From the NCBI GenBank assembly GCA_951406725.2, contig OX597832.1, forward strand, positions 5,766,001 to 5,830,000: 64,000 bases of DNA, in the 5' to 3' direction. Source of the DNA: Octopus vulgaris (Eukaryota). The notes beneath the pieces were generated by a model. The model saw only the letters and a list, made by a program, of their open reading frames with translations. It searched no databases and had not been told where the DNA came from. Shown in pieces: positions 12,350 through 25,166 of this stretch; position 1 is the first letter of the stretch, and each line of letters opens with the position of its first letter. The position numbers and the translations under genes are program-made.

Positions 12350-13260
12350 TTCCATTGATGGTTTGTTTCTGCAATCTTCTAATTGGCTTTCTTCTTTCTG
12401 GTTTTGAGAAGCCTAATTTCTCAAGATTGATGCTGAGGCAATTTGCTACATATCTTAATGCTCCAGTAATTACAGGTATAAATCTGTGTAATTCAGGTAG
12501 AATAGCTGTAAATTTCTTAATAGTTCAGTATAGGTGTTTATTTTTGTTTGCTGATTTTTAGCTTCATGTTGACATCTGCTGGGCAACTGATTTCCACTAA
12601 CGTACATAGTTTTTCTTCTCTTTCCCAAATCATTATGTCCGGCCTATTATGTTGGTATTTTATTGAGAGTTTCACTGGACATTCTACCAATACTCTTCTG
12701 TATTATGAGTGGTTATGGCCTCTACCACACTATGGGTTTGTATCTCTTTGGCCTCAGGATTATCCTTCTGATGGATCTCATTGTACAGTGTCTGTTATAC
12801 AACATCATGTCTCATTAGTAGATAATAACAAATGTCATTTTTGGACAACAGCTTATGATGAGAGTGATATCTTCAGCATTGGTTATTAGCATTGGGTATA
12901 ACATTTTAGTGTTTTCATCTACCCCTAGGTATGTGTAACATTCTTCATCAGGTAAAAGAAAAACAGTTAAGTCATTAATGGAGATGCTGCTAGTCTGATT
13001 TATAGTTTTCTCTCTTTTCGCAACTATATAGCAACATTCATCCTGACCAAATTCCAACCCCATATCTTTTTGAGGATATTGTAACCAGGTCATGGCTCTT
13101 TTTCAGCTCATGCATATTTCTTGCACACAGCTTCAAGTAATTCACAAAGAAACAGTGTGTAATTTTGGTATTTCTGTCCTGTGAACTAATGAGATATCCA
13201 TCAGACTTCCTCAACATAAGTGACAAGATGTTTACTGAAAGAATGAACAGCTGTCTCCTT
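12350..13260 (-). mobile_element. R4/Dong-type (RLE-bearing) non-LTR retrotransposon remnant
   Basis: DMGLEFGQDEC...YTYLGVDEN (RT), EDITLIISCCPKM..MRHD (CCHC knuckle), HNRPDIMIWERE...VEISCPAD...PVITGAL (PD-D/E endonuclease). Confidence 0.8.
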
Positions 13261-14447
13261 AATCCATATCTCTGTAATACTGTATTTTATCAGTGATAAT
13301 ACATGTATGTATGCATGAAAGCATGTCATTCTTATGTTATTCTCAATCAGACAATCAATAAAGCTTCACTTCAATAATGAACTCAATACATTTCAATCAC
13401 TAGGTATATATTCATTTATTTATGACACTGTTATTACAGCATGCAAACAGTGTATCTATGCCAGAAATTGTATACTAGACTTGTATGTCATTAATTCATA
13501 GTGTTGAGCCCAAAACTAAGTAAAAGGCTGTAAATAAGAAAGAGACTCTTCAAATATATTTTCCTTTGAATGATTAATGCCTACTCAGATGCTTGTAGTC
13601 ATTACTGACCCCCAATAATTACATGTAAAAGAGACATTTATTTCTATCCTAATGGAGGTTAGTTAAAGTGAAAGAATTAAAATCTTGACCTTCTCTAATG
13701 GAAGACATTAATTATGTATTTGATCAGTAAATAGAAAAATTCCATACTGAACCCATTGTGATAATTAAATAATATTTATCAAGACCTTTATTATTCAGTT
13801 GTTTCAATATAAATTCAATGAAACCATTTACACTGGATTACAGCTATAAGTATTGCCTTTAATACAGTAAAATAACTCTCAGAAAGATAAACTATTCAAA
13901 AGTGTTATATTGTTCTTAATGCGAAAGTAAATAAGATAGCAGCCATATTAAGTTCTTCAGCTAAAATCTTCTGGAAGAGTATTTCTTTTCTTTGACTGGA
14001 TAAGCTTGAAAAATGATGTTTATTTGTTAATTGCCTTAGATTTAATATCTGTGTTAGAAAGCAGCATAAATTTGTAATAGATTTTATGAAAACAGCAATA
14101 CTTTTTGCACAAAGTTAAGAATATATAAGAAAACAATAGCAAAAGTAACCTTCAAACAACTCCTTGTATATTTAAGTGGCTTGGTTCTTATTGCTTGCAT
14201 GGGAACACTAATAAAAGGGCTCTTGATAAAAGTTTGTACTTGGATAGAGTTTGAACTCGAGGCTGCCTTGTCCATGAATTATTATGTATAGGTTCAGGCA
14301 TGGCTGTCTGTTTAAGAAGTTCACTTTGGAACTACTTAGTTCACTAGTATAGATGTTGTTGGTTAGCATTGTATACTACAGCCTTGGGTTGACCAGTGTC
14401 TTGTGAGTGAAACTGGCTGACGGAAGCTGAAGAAGTTTGTTGTATGC

Positions 14448-14503
<56 letters not shown>

Positions 14504-14559
14504 ATGTGTGTATGTATGTATCTATGTATGTATGTATGTATGTATGTACGTACGTACAT

Positions 14560-15045
14560 GCACAAGGGGACAGCCACTTTTGAGAAATCTCAAGTTGCAC
14601 ATGAGAAAGTAAGGAGGGGTGTCAGGAAGGGCATCGCTGTTACACTTCCAGATGGGAAGGGTCTTCCTAGATGCTGAGATGCAGTGTCTGTACAAGACCC
14701 TGCCTCAGTAAAGCTGGACTCAAGAGTCATCTTCGTAGTCATAAAGCGAGACAGATGAGTGACAACCTGGCCACTGGTGGTGGTGTTACACACCATACTA
14801 ATCATATCTGTCGGGCATGTGGAAGAGAGTGTAATTCGGCAGGAGGACTTAAATGACATGCAAAGGTACGTGAAGCCCAGTTACAAATACAGCCAGCTAT
14901 TACCGGTAAAGGTTTTAGTTGCCAATTCTGTACAAGATATTGTAGATCTTTAGCTGGGCTAAAAAGTCACATTCGATCACAGCACCAGTAACAGTTAAGC
15001 TTCGTGCAATGGCCATATTCGATAACGAGGGGGCAGCCATAATAA
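14560..15045 (+). mobile_element. RTE-like LINE 3' end with C-terminal C2H2 fingers
   Basis: CSVCTRPCLSKAGLKSHLRSH, CRACGRECNSAGGLK*H and a third eroded finger, followed by a short 3' UTR and microsatellite tail; in-frame stops. Confidence 0.65.
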
Positions 15046-15219
15046 TGTATGTATGTATGTATGTATGCATGCATGCATGTATGTATGTATGTATGCATGT
15101 ATGTATGTATGTATGTATGTATGCATGCATGCATGCATGTATGTATGTATGTATGCATGCATGCATGTATGTATGTATGTATGTATGTATGTATATAGGT
15201 AGGTAGGCAGGTATGCATG

Positions 15220-15460
15220 GTGGAGGCATGTGGCTCAGTGATTAGGGGGTTGGACTCATGATTGTAACATTATGGTTTTGGTTTGTGGATCAGGTGACAC
15301 AATGTGTTCTTGAGCAAAGCACTTCATTTCGTGTTACTCCAGTCCTCTCAGCTGGCAAAAATGAATATTCCTGTGGTGGACTGGTGTCGTGTCCAGGTGA
15401 GGAATATATACACTGCAGAAACCGGGAAACTGGCCCTATGAGTCTATATGACTTGAGAAA
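15220..15460 (+). mobile_element. Diverged tRNA-derived SINE (family C head)
   Basis: GGAGGCATGTGGCTCAGTGATTAGGG...TTCTTGAGCAAAGCACTTCATTT; related copy at 33065-33320. Confidence 0.7.
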
Positions 15461-16199
15461 GATCTTTATCCATTTTTATGCATGTGTGTGTGTGTGTATA
15501 AGTGTTTGTAAAAGAATACCTGATACAGTCACAATATGTAAAGAAAGATTTTCTTAAATGTTATTAACTATTTAAAAGTTCTTTTTTAAAACAGAATGAA
15601 ATGAGTCTTTTGGAGTGAAGTTTTCATCTTGCCATATTGAATGGTATATCTGTGAATGCTCAGTTGTTACAAACAGAGATAGATGAGAGAAATGAATGCT
15701 AGAATAAATATGTTTTTTCAGAAACCAAAATAATCCCAACAGTTAATAAATCATGTCATAATCAAAGAGAGGGAAATCCTGGTCTCTGTCTCATGGAGAA
15801 ATACTCACAATGAGGGTGAAAACAAAAGCAGAAATATAAATATTTCATTTGTAGATAAAAATTATCAACTACTAAAGGCAAAAGAAGGATACTTTATAAG
15901 AATTCTAAGTCTGAAACTAAACCAGAAATAGTCAATACTACTACTAAAATCAACTTCTTCTATCCAGATTGCTCCATAACTCATGGTTTACAAAGTTAAA
16001 CAAAGAAAATACTTACAAACAATACTAAAACTTCATTCCAAAAGGTTTGTGTCATTCCGTTTTACCCCAAAATGTTTTTAAAATGTTAATAACTTTAAAT
16101 AAAATATTTCTTTTTTAATATGTGTGTGTATATACGTGCACGTGCACGTGTGTGTGTGTACGTTGTCTAACAGTGCATAAACCAGGAAAAATGTACTCG

Positions 16200-17243
16200 T
16201 ATACTTGTTAATAGAGTGGGTATATTAACCGAAGTGTACAATATTATATATCCATTACAGCTGATCTTACCAATTGGTTTCATGCTAGAGATTCAACAGA
16301 GTTTTAGGTAACAATCCAATTATATAACCATATACTCATCAGAGGTAGCCGATATGGAATGACATATGGCAACTGCTCTCTATTGTTTGAGGTGAATGGA
16401 CACATCTGGTTTGCAGTTGCTGAGGAAAAAGATGATGAAACGAAATGAGTAAGGAATTAAGCTAAGAGTTATGTTCCTTGGTACCAAAACCTTGCCACTG
16501 GGTTGGTTATGTTGCAAGCTGGTGAGAGTTATTTTGGAGTATTTGTGGGAAATGTGTGTGTCCTTAATGTGTACTTGTGGAAATGGAATATGTGTAGTAG
16601 TGTTACATGTATAACATTTGCAGGGGGTGTAGCCAAACACATCTGTGTTTTCTTTCTATTATGTCTTGATTAAGGTCGTGTGGCCTTTATGTGTAGATGT
16701 GAGGTGTGTGTAGGGGTACAATGTGTGTAGGATTTTATATTGGGTGGGGGTGGAAAACAGTCTATTTGATGGGTGTCTGCCATGTTGGAGCATGCTTGCT
16801 TGTATGTGGGTGTGTTAGTGCATGCTCTGGTTAGACTTTTTGCCAGACTCCAGGGTATTGACAGAGGGCCAAGGCTGGAGGTCTGGTGATTATAGTCATG
16901 ATGGGGCATGCAAGTATGATAGGATGTACTTCCTTTTATGTGGGCAAGGATTAAAAATTTCCCTTCTGTTATTCAGTAATGCCTGGGTGCTGTGTGCTCT
17001 TTAAAATTGCTCTTTTCTCAGCCAGGCATAATCTGCACTTCTTGCTGCTATTGAAATATGGTTTACATTTCTCTAGAATATTCCACTTTATGCTGTGCTT
17101 GGTGGTGTTTTCATTCAAAGGCCAAATGTGCTTGGCCAGAGTTGTGGCGTTGTGCCTCTCCAAAATAGCTTTCACTGACTTGCAACATAACCAAGGTACC
17201 AAGGGATACAACACTTAACTTAATCTCCTACTCATTTCATCAT
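16200..17243 (-). mobile_element. 5'-truncated PLE: GIY-YIG C-terminal half, 3' UTR with hammerhead, inverted terminal segment
   Basis: TTLAKHIWPL...SIKWNILEKCKPYFNSSKKCRLCLAEK (16969-17160); 17158-17243 is an inverted copy of ~16431-16540. Confidence 0.8.
16259..16349 (-). ncRNA. Hammerhead ribozyme motif (PLE 3' UTR)
   Basis: GCTACCT CTGATGA GTAT..(~45 nt)..GCAT GAAA CCAATTGG TA AGATCAGC; palindromic stem III ACCAATTGGT; stems I and II partly decayed. Confidence 0.6.
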
Positions 17244-17249
17244 ATACAA

Positions 17250-17830
17250 TTACTTCTTGACTGAGATACACATAGCTACTCAACTCTTCTATTTCATCAC
17301 CTCCGACTGTTGATCTTCAGGCCAACTGCTGAATCACTGAAATCCAGTTTGTCTAGCATGGTCTGTAGCTGATCAGTGCTCTCTGCTATCAGTGCTATGT
17401 CATCAGTGAATCTTAGATGGATGAGCAGCTCTCTGTTTATCCTTATGCCTCTGTTCTAGTTCATGTCTAGTATGACCATCTCAAGATGCCGTGAAAAGCT
17501 TAGGAGAGATGGTGACTCCTTCCTTGACACCCTTATCCACTGGAACATTCACTGGTGAGGATAACAGGGCCACATTTGTTGTGCACCAGGTTTTTGCCTT
17601 CCTAAGGTGGGTGACATACTGCATCATGAAGGGTAAGAACTGGATGGAGAGCATTCAGTTTGGTGAAGGATGTGCTGAAAGCAAACCTAGACAAGGCAAC
17701 TCATGCCAATCTCTTTAACAGCACAGTCTTGCCAGCAAAGCTATATGTATGTGAGACTTGAGCCTTGACGAAGAGAGAGCAACAACATCTGCTTACAGCA
17801 CAGAGAGCCATGGAAGGTCTCGCTAAGAGA
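17250..17830 (-). mobile_element. RTE-type LINE RT fragment
   Basis: Minus strand GVKEGVTISP..F and GIRINRELLIHLRFTDDIALIAE (RT FADD-type motif). Confidence 0.7.
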
Positions 17831-19950
17831 TCACATTCAGAATGAGGAGATCAGGGATAGAACTGGAGAGAATGAAACTGTTTTGATCCATACATGTAAC
17901 TTCCAATAAATTGGTTGAGTGCCCTTCTTTCGTTTGTTTATCAAAATACAACAGGTGTTGATGTTGCAGATATGAAAGAAGAACAGTGGTTGAAGTTGAT
18001 TTTGGCTCCAAATTTTATTTACTGTTACTTTATGTAAAACCATACTACAACAGTCAAGGATGCATAATATAATCGAGAATTAATTTTTCCTTGTATAAGT
18101 GTATATAATATTCTTGACAGTGTAGTAGTAAGCAAAAGATAGTTATAGAGTGATGTTTGTTAGAAGAGAAAGCTGAGCCAGTGAAAGTGAGAGAGAGTAG
18201 CGGGTAGTTGTATCATAGCAGCCAATTGTTTCCTTCTCCCTCTGGCCATTTGCTTCTAGGTGTCTGCTTGCTGGTTGCTTCTCACTAACTTACTTTTTCT
18301 TATGGAATTTTAGTATTTATAATTATGAAGACTAGCTACAAAAAGGGGTATATAGCTGAGAACAATGGGCAGCTTGATGTAGGTCGCTCCTTATCTAATT
18401 TCAACTTTTGATAGCATAGAGTTAAATGGAAAATACCTAAATTGACTTGGCAAAGCCATGTGTTGAATGTAACTCCTGTCAACTATCAGGGTTTTCTGCG
18501 AGAAAAATGCTGTTGAAATGTTAAGGGAATTTTGCCACTTCAGGTTCAAATCTACTCTTTGCCCAAATGAAGTCACTACATAAATCATATGTAATTAATA
18601 TTGATTGCTAATGAGCAGTTTAAAATGGAAACTATATTTCACGTTTGGCTTGGACCAATTACCAACAACTTTGTAAGGACTTCCCTTATAACTATTCACT
18701 GCCACAGTCGAGGGGTCTGTCTTGTAAGTTATTTGGTGACCTCACTGATGTTGGTGTTAAGTAAAAAGCACCTAATAGACTCCATAAAGTGGTTGGCATT
18801 AGAAAGGGTGTCTAGCTGTAGAAGCCATGCCAAACAGACAGTAGAGCTTGGCATAGTCTTGCCAGCTCCTGTCAAACCATCCAACTTAAGTCAGCATGGA
18901 AAATGGATTTTAAATAATGATGATGATAGATGTATGTATGCTCGCATAAATTTGGGACTTGAACTTCAGTAAAATTTGAGTGACAGCTTACTATTGCAGC
19001 TGAGTTAAAGCTTTTTTAATCTTGTTTATTCTATAAAAAACTTTCAATTGATTGCAGAGCAAGCAGTGGAGACATTGCTTCAATTCTCTCATATACTCTT
19101 CTCTTTTATAAAAGAAAGTGATGTTCTGATGAAATGTTTTCTTTAGAGGTAATACCTAGAAATAAAAGAGACTCTCTTTGACTCCACCCCTCTCTCTTAC
19201 TTTCTTTCCTCTAAATTCTTATTTCTTTACCCAATGTATTTCTCTTCTTTACACACCCACATTCTCTTTCAAATAAGAAAAAGAAAAAAAATCCCAAAAA
19301 ACACAGAAAGAGAAAATTAATCACTTAATTACTAACAAGGGAAACAAAACCATGAATGGATGTCTTATAATTTTATACAATTCAGGCAGTTGGCCGGCAT
19401 AAGAATGTTATTTTGTACTACTTAAAAGACGGATCTATGAACTATGTGTGGTATACTATATATGTTTGAAAATTATGAGTTGTTACTAAGAAATGTCATT
19501 TAGCTCTTGCTATTTACTGAGTGGCAGCTAATTCATTGGGAAATAATGGGAAGGAAATTTTTGCTTGTAGGAGTAGTCAAACCTGTTGCAGTTTGTTTAA
19601 TATATCAGTGTTATGTTTGTAAAAACAATATAAACAAAGGGTCAAGGTCAAGAAATCAGGACATTAATAGCAACAATCAAGCTGAACATCACTGAGAGTT
19701 ACATTTATGTTTTTATGTGTATTTTATTACTTTAACTGAAGATCTCTGAAGGACTAGTCTTATGTGTGACATTGATAATCTCAGTTGGAAGTTTGTAAGA
19801 GTGTGGCTTGCTCTGTCAGTTCTCTCTGACTGACTGGTCTTCTACAGAGCCTTGATACTCACAGGGTACTACCTACATCACACGTGACATTAATGACACA
19901 ACCAACCCCTTTACAAGAGACAGAAGAGGCTATAAGGGTAAACTGTATTT

Positions 19951-20166
19951 CGAGCTGGCAGAAACATTAGTGCGCCGGGAGAAATGCCTGCTGTTACATT
20001 CTGAGTTCAAATTCTGCCGAGGTCGACTTTGCCTTTCATCCTTTCGGGGTCGATTAAATAAGTACCAGTTATGCACTGGGTTCGATATAGTCGACTTAAT
20101 CTGTTTGTCTATCCTTGTTTGTCCTCTCTGTGTTTTTAGCCCCATGTGGGTAGTAAAGAAATAAAT
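19951..20166 (+). mobile_element. tRNA-derived SINE, family B, with TSD
   Basis: GAGCTGGCAGAAAC.TTAG...GAGTTCAAATTC.GCCGAGGTCGAC...GTAAAGAAATA flanked by TAAACTGTATTT direct repeats. Confidence 0.88.
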
Positions 20167-20226
20167 AAACTGTATTTAGGGAGAGGGAAGTCCTTTATTC
20201 AACCTTCATCAGCGTAATATAGCTTT

Positions 20227-20491
20227 AGAGACAGAAGAGGCTATAAGGGTAGACTGTATTTAGTGTTCACATCCGTTGCAGTTATGGCTTTAGTTTTAGT
20301 GGCAATAGTAACAGCAATATGAACAACTTTCTTCTTCTCTAACAACATTTTCCCCATTCCTATACCAACTATTATTGGACTTGGCATAGGAATGGGAAAA
20401 AAGATGTTAGAGAAGAAAGTTGTTCACACTGCTGTTACTATTGTTACTAATACTATAGCCATAACTGCAACAGGTGTGAACACTTCTGTCT
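20227..20491. repeat. Long fold-back inverted repeat
   Basis: Arms of about 105 bp, AGTGTTCACA.CCGTTGCAGTTATGGCT...CCCATTCCTATACCAA and TTGGCATAGGAATGGG...AGCCATAACTGCAACAGGTGTGAACACT, plus outer GAGACAGAAG/CTTCTGTCTC. Confidence 0.88.
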
Positions 20492-20818
20492 CAGACATAT
20501 CACAACATTTGCGATAGATTACATTGACAACCTTTGTAACCAAGCACAGTCCTCAACCACTTCCCTCTAATTAGGGTTAGGAACCAGTTAAATGGTTTAG
20601 CTACTAGGATTTTAGAAACCAAACAACAGAAATATCTTTTGATCTATTTATATGAAATATGTGGGTGGTTCTGATGTTAACAGCTGTGAGGTTGGTTAGC
20701 AGGTTGTTGGGAATAGATTTTCTATTTGTTTTTAGCATACAAAGGAAGATGGAAATTAAGTAAAAAAGAACACAATTTCTGTTTACACTAGTGCTCTACC
20801 CCCACTACCACCATCTAT

Positions 20819-20884
<66 letters not shown>

Positions 20885-20885
20885 T

Positions 20886-21297
20886 ATGGGTTTTTCTTCT
20901 TCTTTCAAATTTGCTTCCATTTCTTGCCGAGTGTCTTCCCGACTCCTAGGGCAAAGAAACTCATAGTATACATTGGTAGGCCATTAAACTAAACTCACTA
21001 GTTCGTTCATTTTTTTTTTTTGATAGAAATAGAGTTAAATTAAAATACATGGGTAGTAATAGTTCTCACATCGACAATGCTCTTCTCAATACGTGTGATG
21101 TACCAGTTAAGACAATCTTTTGCACTTCTTGCAGGGATGGTAAGCCAGGGATCATTCTCATATAATTTTCGGTTCCCTTCTTGATCATTCCTAGTGCTCC
21201 TATGATCACTGGTATTGTAACCGCCTTGAGATGCCACATTTTCTCAATTTCAATGAGCAGGTCTTTATATTTTCTGAGCTTGTTAAATTCTTTTGCC
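20886..21297 (-). mobile_element. 5'-truncated R4/Dong-type LINE 3' end embedded in (TAA)n
   Basis: KAKEFNKLRKYKDLLIEIEKMWHLKAVTIPVIIGALG...QKIVLTGTSHVLRRAL (RLE C-terminus); (TTA)n on both flanks. Confidence 0.88.
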
Positions 21298-21321
21298 TTA
21301 TTATTATTATTATCATCATCA

Positions 21322-21394
<73 letters not shown>

Positions 21395-22599
21395 CTTTAT
21401 TATTATTATTAACACTATTCCACCTTCCACTAACACTACCAATATCTTTGATAACCCCAATGCCTAAAATCATTAGAGTCATGAGCAAAACGAGGAAACC
21501 TTTACATAATCTCTCAATTTCTTAGAAATAGCAGCCAAACTTCTATCAAGTTACACTCTACTAAACATATAGGATGGTCACAGCTGGAACACCTTTAATC
21601 ATAGGTCTACTCAATCTGAAGCATCCTCAAAAATAGTAATAATACAACACATTAGATAATGTAGTCTTAGGTAGACAATGCTTGAATATAAGATGAAATG
21701 GTTGTGGCTAGAAATATTTTGATGATAGGTCTGTACAATTACAAGGTTGATGACAATTTGTCTGGACTTACTTTCCTTTCTATTTTTCTTCCCTTATTGG
21801 TTTCATTACATTACAGTACATATGTCGCTGGCAAAGGTGTGTTGTATGAAGTTTACTTCCCAACCGCATGGTTCCAGTTTCAATCTCACTGCATGGCACC
21901 TTGGGCAAGTGTCTTCTACTATAGCCACAGATCAACTAATGCCTTCTGAGTTGATTTGGTGGACGGAAACTGAAAGAAGCCCATCATATATACGTGGTCT
22001 GATCAATAAGTATCCGGACTGTTGCCATCAGGGTTTGTAAGAAATTAATTGATGAAAAATTAATTGCAATATATTGGTCCAATTAATTGATTGGAGTCAT
22101 ACTGCCAATTAAATAATTGATTGCTATCATATCAATTAATTGCAATTAATTGCAGTTAACTGCATCATTGTCTGTGAAAGTTTTTCAAATGGCTCATACT
22201 TCATTCGATGTTAAATTGGCAAATGCAGCGTTCTATTATCATTTGAAGTATTGTGTTGACACTTTTTTCTGACTTCTGAGAATGATTCATACATACCTGT
22301 TGTGTTTATGAATTGACTATTGTGTATGTTGTCAAATAATTGCTGTTGAGTGATTCTTGGTTCTCACTGCCAAGAATGATTCACACATTCTGTCTTCAAG
22401 TCATTAAATCGTAACTTCACCCACAATACAGTTGTATCTTGAATTCCATTCCAACGTATTAACTGAATAAGACTTTCATCAGTGGGGCGGCAAAATATGT
22501 TCTATTTTAAACTGTAGTGAAATATCTTTTTATTTTAAACTAACCTGTGCCATATGAAAACAAGCAAATCATCAGAAAATATTTTAACCAAACAGGCGG

Positions 22600-23060
22600 T
22601 GAACATGTATGGAAATGCAAGTGAGGAAAATAGTTAACCCAGAAAGAAAGGAAAAATCATATGAATCATATAAAGAAACCAGCATCCAAAGTATTCTACT
22701 ACACAAGCAACTGGACAACCATCTTTATTGAGTTTTCTTTCTCTAAGTAGTTTGGTCAGTCGCTTGGCATTAAATGTTTATGGTTGGATTTTTCTTTACT
22801 GAAGACCGATTTTTCTTTACTGAAGATCCACTGACACATATGTACATAAACTTGGGAAGTATGAAAAATATGACCTTTAAGAAATACATGGAGAAACTTA
22901 CTCAAGAAGTGGAAAAGACAATATCTGATGAACTTCCAAGTAAATTTTTGTTGGTAATCAACAGTTGAACTAAGAGTTTGATGCATTTCATTGGACTTTT
23001 GCATCTTATCCGTGCAATTATCAAAATGACTATTGTACTGTTTTTCTGGCATTCTTGCCA
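22600..23060 (+). mobile_element. Decayed hAT-like transposase fragment
   Basis: FKKYMEKLTQEVEKTISDELPSKFLLVINS*T...HFIGLFASY resembles the region around the first catalytic Asp (DGWT) of hAT transposases. Confidence 0.55.
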
Positions 23061-23519
23061 GTGGTAAGTGAAGCATCATTCACTGCTTCTGATTATGACT
23101 TCCACTTATGACTGTCCCAACTTTCATTTAGGTATATGCAGCAATGAAGTCTTCATTCTCTCTCCAAGGTAATAAAATATGTTTTGGAGAAAATTTGGCT
23201 GATATTTCTAACAGTTCAAAAAAGTTATGTTGAGGCTCTGCCATGGCACATATTTCTGAGGTCTATTAGCAAACTTGCAGGGATCTGTCTGTGCTGCATA
23301 AGTGTGTGTTTCTGTGTGTATGTGAAAGTAGGCTCACATGCAAATGTATGTGCATGTAGAAAAAATGTGTATGTGTGTATGTATGAATGCACCTGTGCAT
23401 GTATATACAAATATATGTCTGCTTGTGTGTGTATGTGTGTGTGTATGTTCACGCGTATTTAATGACCTGAGGTTTAACAACAACGATAATAGTAACAAAT
23501 ACAATAACATCTACTAATA

Positions 23520-24385
23520 TTCCTATCACCACCATCAATGCAACCTTCATCATCCCTTTACCCCACCACTACCCTCTCCACAACCGCCATCACTGTCACT
23601 ACCACCAACAACAACACCAATAACAACAGTGACAACTCCACCACCATCACCGTCACCATCATCATCATCATCACCACCACTATCACCACCACTACCAGCC
23701 CACACCACATTCTGACTTTTGCCAACCACCACTGTCATCACTAACTCCACCAGCAATGTACTACCACCACCACCACTACCACCACCACCACTGTTTTGGC
23801 ATCACCACCAACTCCACTAAACGACAGCATCACCATCACTACTAGCAATTCAACATTTCTACTGCCACCATCACCACCACCACCACCACCATCAACGCCA
23901 CTGCCAGTAACACACCACCACCACCTAGAATAACAATAACAAGTGGTGTCCATCACTAGGGTGTTGCACTTCTGCATTAAAAGATTTGTCCTTATGGAAT
24001 TACAAGGCATACACCTGTCAAAAGGGAGATTGAAAGTTGCCCTCCCCTTCAACCCCTCACCAGCACCAGCATGAAGGAAGAATGGGAAGTGCTTTATAGT
24101 AGTAAAGGTGAAAGTAGTGGGTAGTGGTGGTGGTGGTGGTGGCTGAAGACATCATTGTTGAGCAGAAAGTGACATTTGAAGTAGCTGTAGTAGTAATTGT
24201 TGTTGTTGCTGTAGTAGTTGTAGTGGTGGTGGTGGTATTAGTAACAGCAGTAATAAGGTTTGTAGTGGTAGGAGTGGTAGTGATAACAATGATTGTGGAA
24301 GTAGAGGGGAGCAATGATGACAATGAAATCATGGTGATGGTGGCAGCAGTGGTGGTGGTGGTGGTGGTGGTGATGGTGGTGGCAA
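23520..24385. repeat. Opposed (ACC/CAC)-rich and (GGT/GTA)-rich low-complexity tracts
   Basis: C/A-rich 23520-23930, G/T-rich 24100-24385. Confidence 0.85.
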
Positions 24386-25134
24386 ATATTTAGTCCCATG
24401 TCAGCCCTGAATTGCACATGTTGCCCATTTTCAAAGTATTTTTCAACTATGATCATCCTGTATTTTTTTGCTGACACAGTGTATCTAGGACTACATTATC
24501 CTAAATGTACCTCACTTTAAGATAATTTAATTTTGAAATGATAGAAATTTGACTGCTGTTCTTAGCAGGTTGAGTGATCACATAGAGGTTCTTTCTATAT
24601 TGTTGTAGTTGTTGTTAGTGGTGGTGGTGGGGGGTGTTGATTACGAGGGTAGTAATCAACACCCTGGAGGTGGGGGAACAGTATTGCTACTGTTGTTGGT
24701 AGGGGTTGCAATTGAGCACTGACTGCTGAAAGGGATAAGAAGTGGTGGTGGTGACAGTTGAGATTTCCAGAGTGGCAGTGAGAGTAATGATGATAGTGGG
24801 GTGGGGGGATGTGGGGGTATTGTTTGGGAATATGAAAGATTAGTAATTAAAGTAGAGGGGTTGAGAGTGACATATCTAATTAATATCAGTTTTTTTAGAT
24901 AAGATCGGCTGAGTTGTTTTACTGACCTCAGTTTCTGGATAATTTGTTATGTCTGCAGTCGTGACTTTATCACATTTTGAGCAATACAAAAAAAGAGACT
25001 TTAAAAAATCCCCTGAAAAATCTACTAGTGATAACTAAAATGATCAAAAGACTCTGGAAAAAGAAAAACACAAGAGAATTTCTATAATTTTTTTCTACAT
25101 TTTTGGTTTTTAAAAGAAAACAAAACAATACAAA

Positions 25135-25166
25135 ATGGATTTATTACAATATCTTGCAATGCACAG
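25135..25166 (+). CDS. Candidate first coding exon (MDLLQYLAMH+AG) of the gene ending at 58033
   Basis: AAAATGG start context, strong donor CAG|GTAAGC at 25166/25167, phase 2, which matches the 56486 acceptor in the frame open to 56720. The pairing across 31 kb is inferred. Confidence 0.4.

Noticed and set aside
14671-14990. C2H2 zinc-finger host gene
   Set aside because: In-frame stops, non-canonical linkers and a LINE-like 3' tail; better explained as an RTE C-terminus.
15722-16044. Exon-like segment bounded by TTTTTTCAG and AG|GTTTGT
   Set aside because: Stops in all three frames; at most a UTR exon, which cannot be supported without transcripts.
21990-22025. Mariner-type TIR TACGTGGTCTGATCAATAAGTATCCGGAC
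   Set aside because: No partner TIR or transposase found nearby; an isolated fragment.
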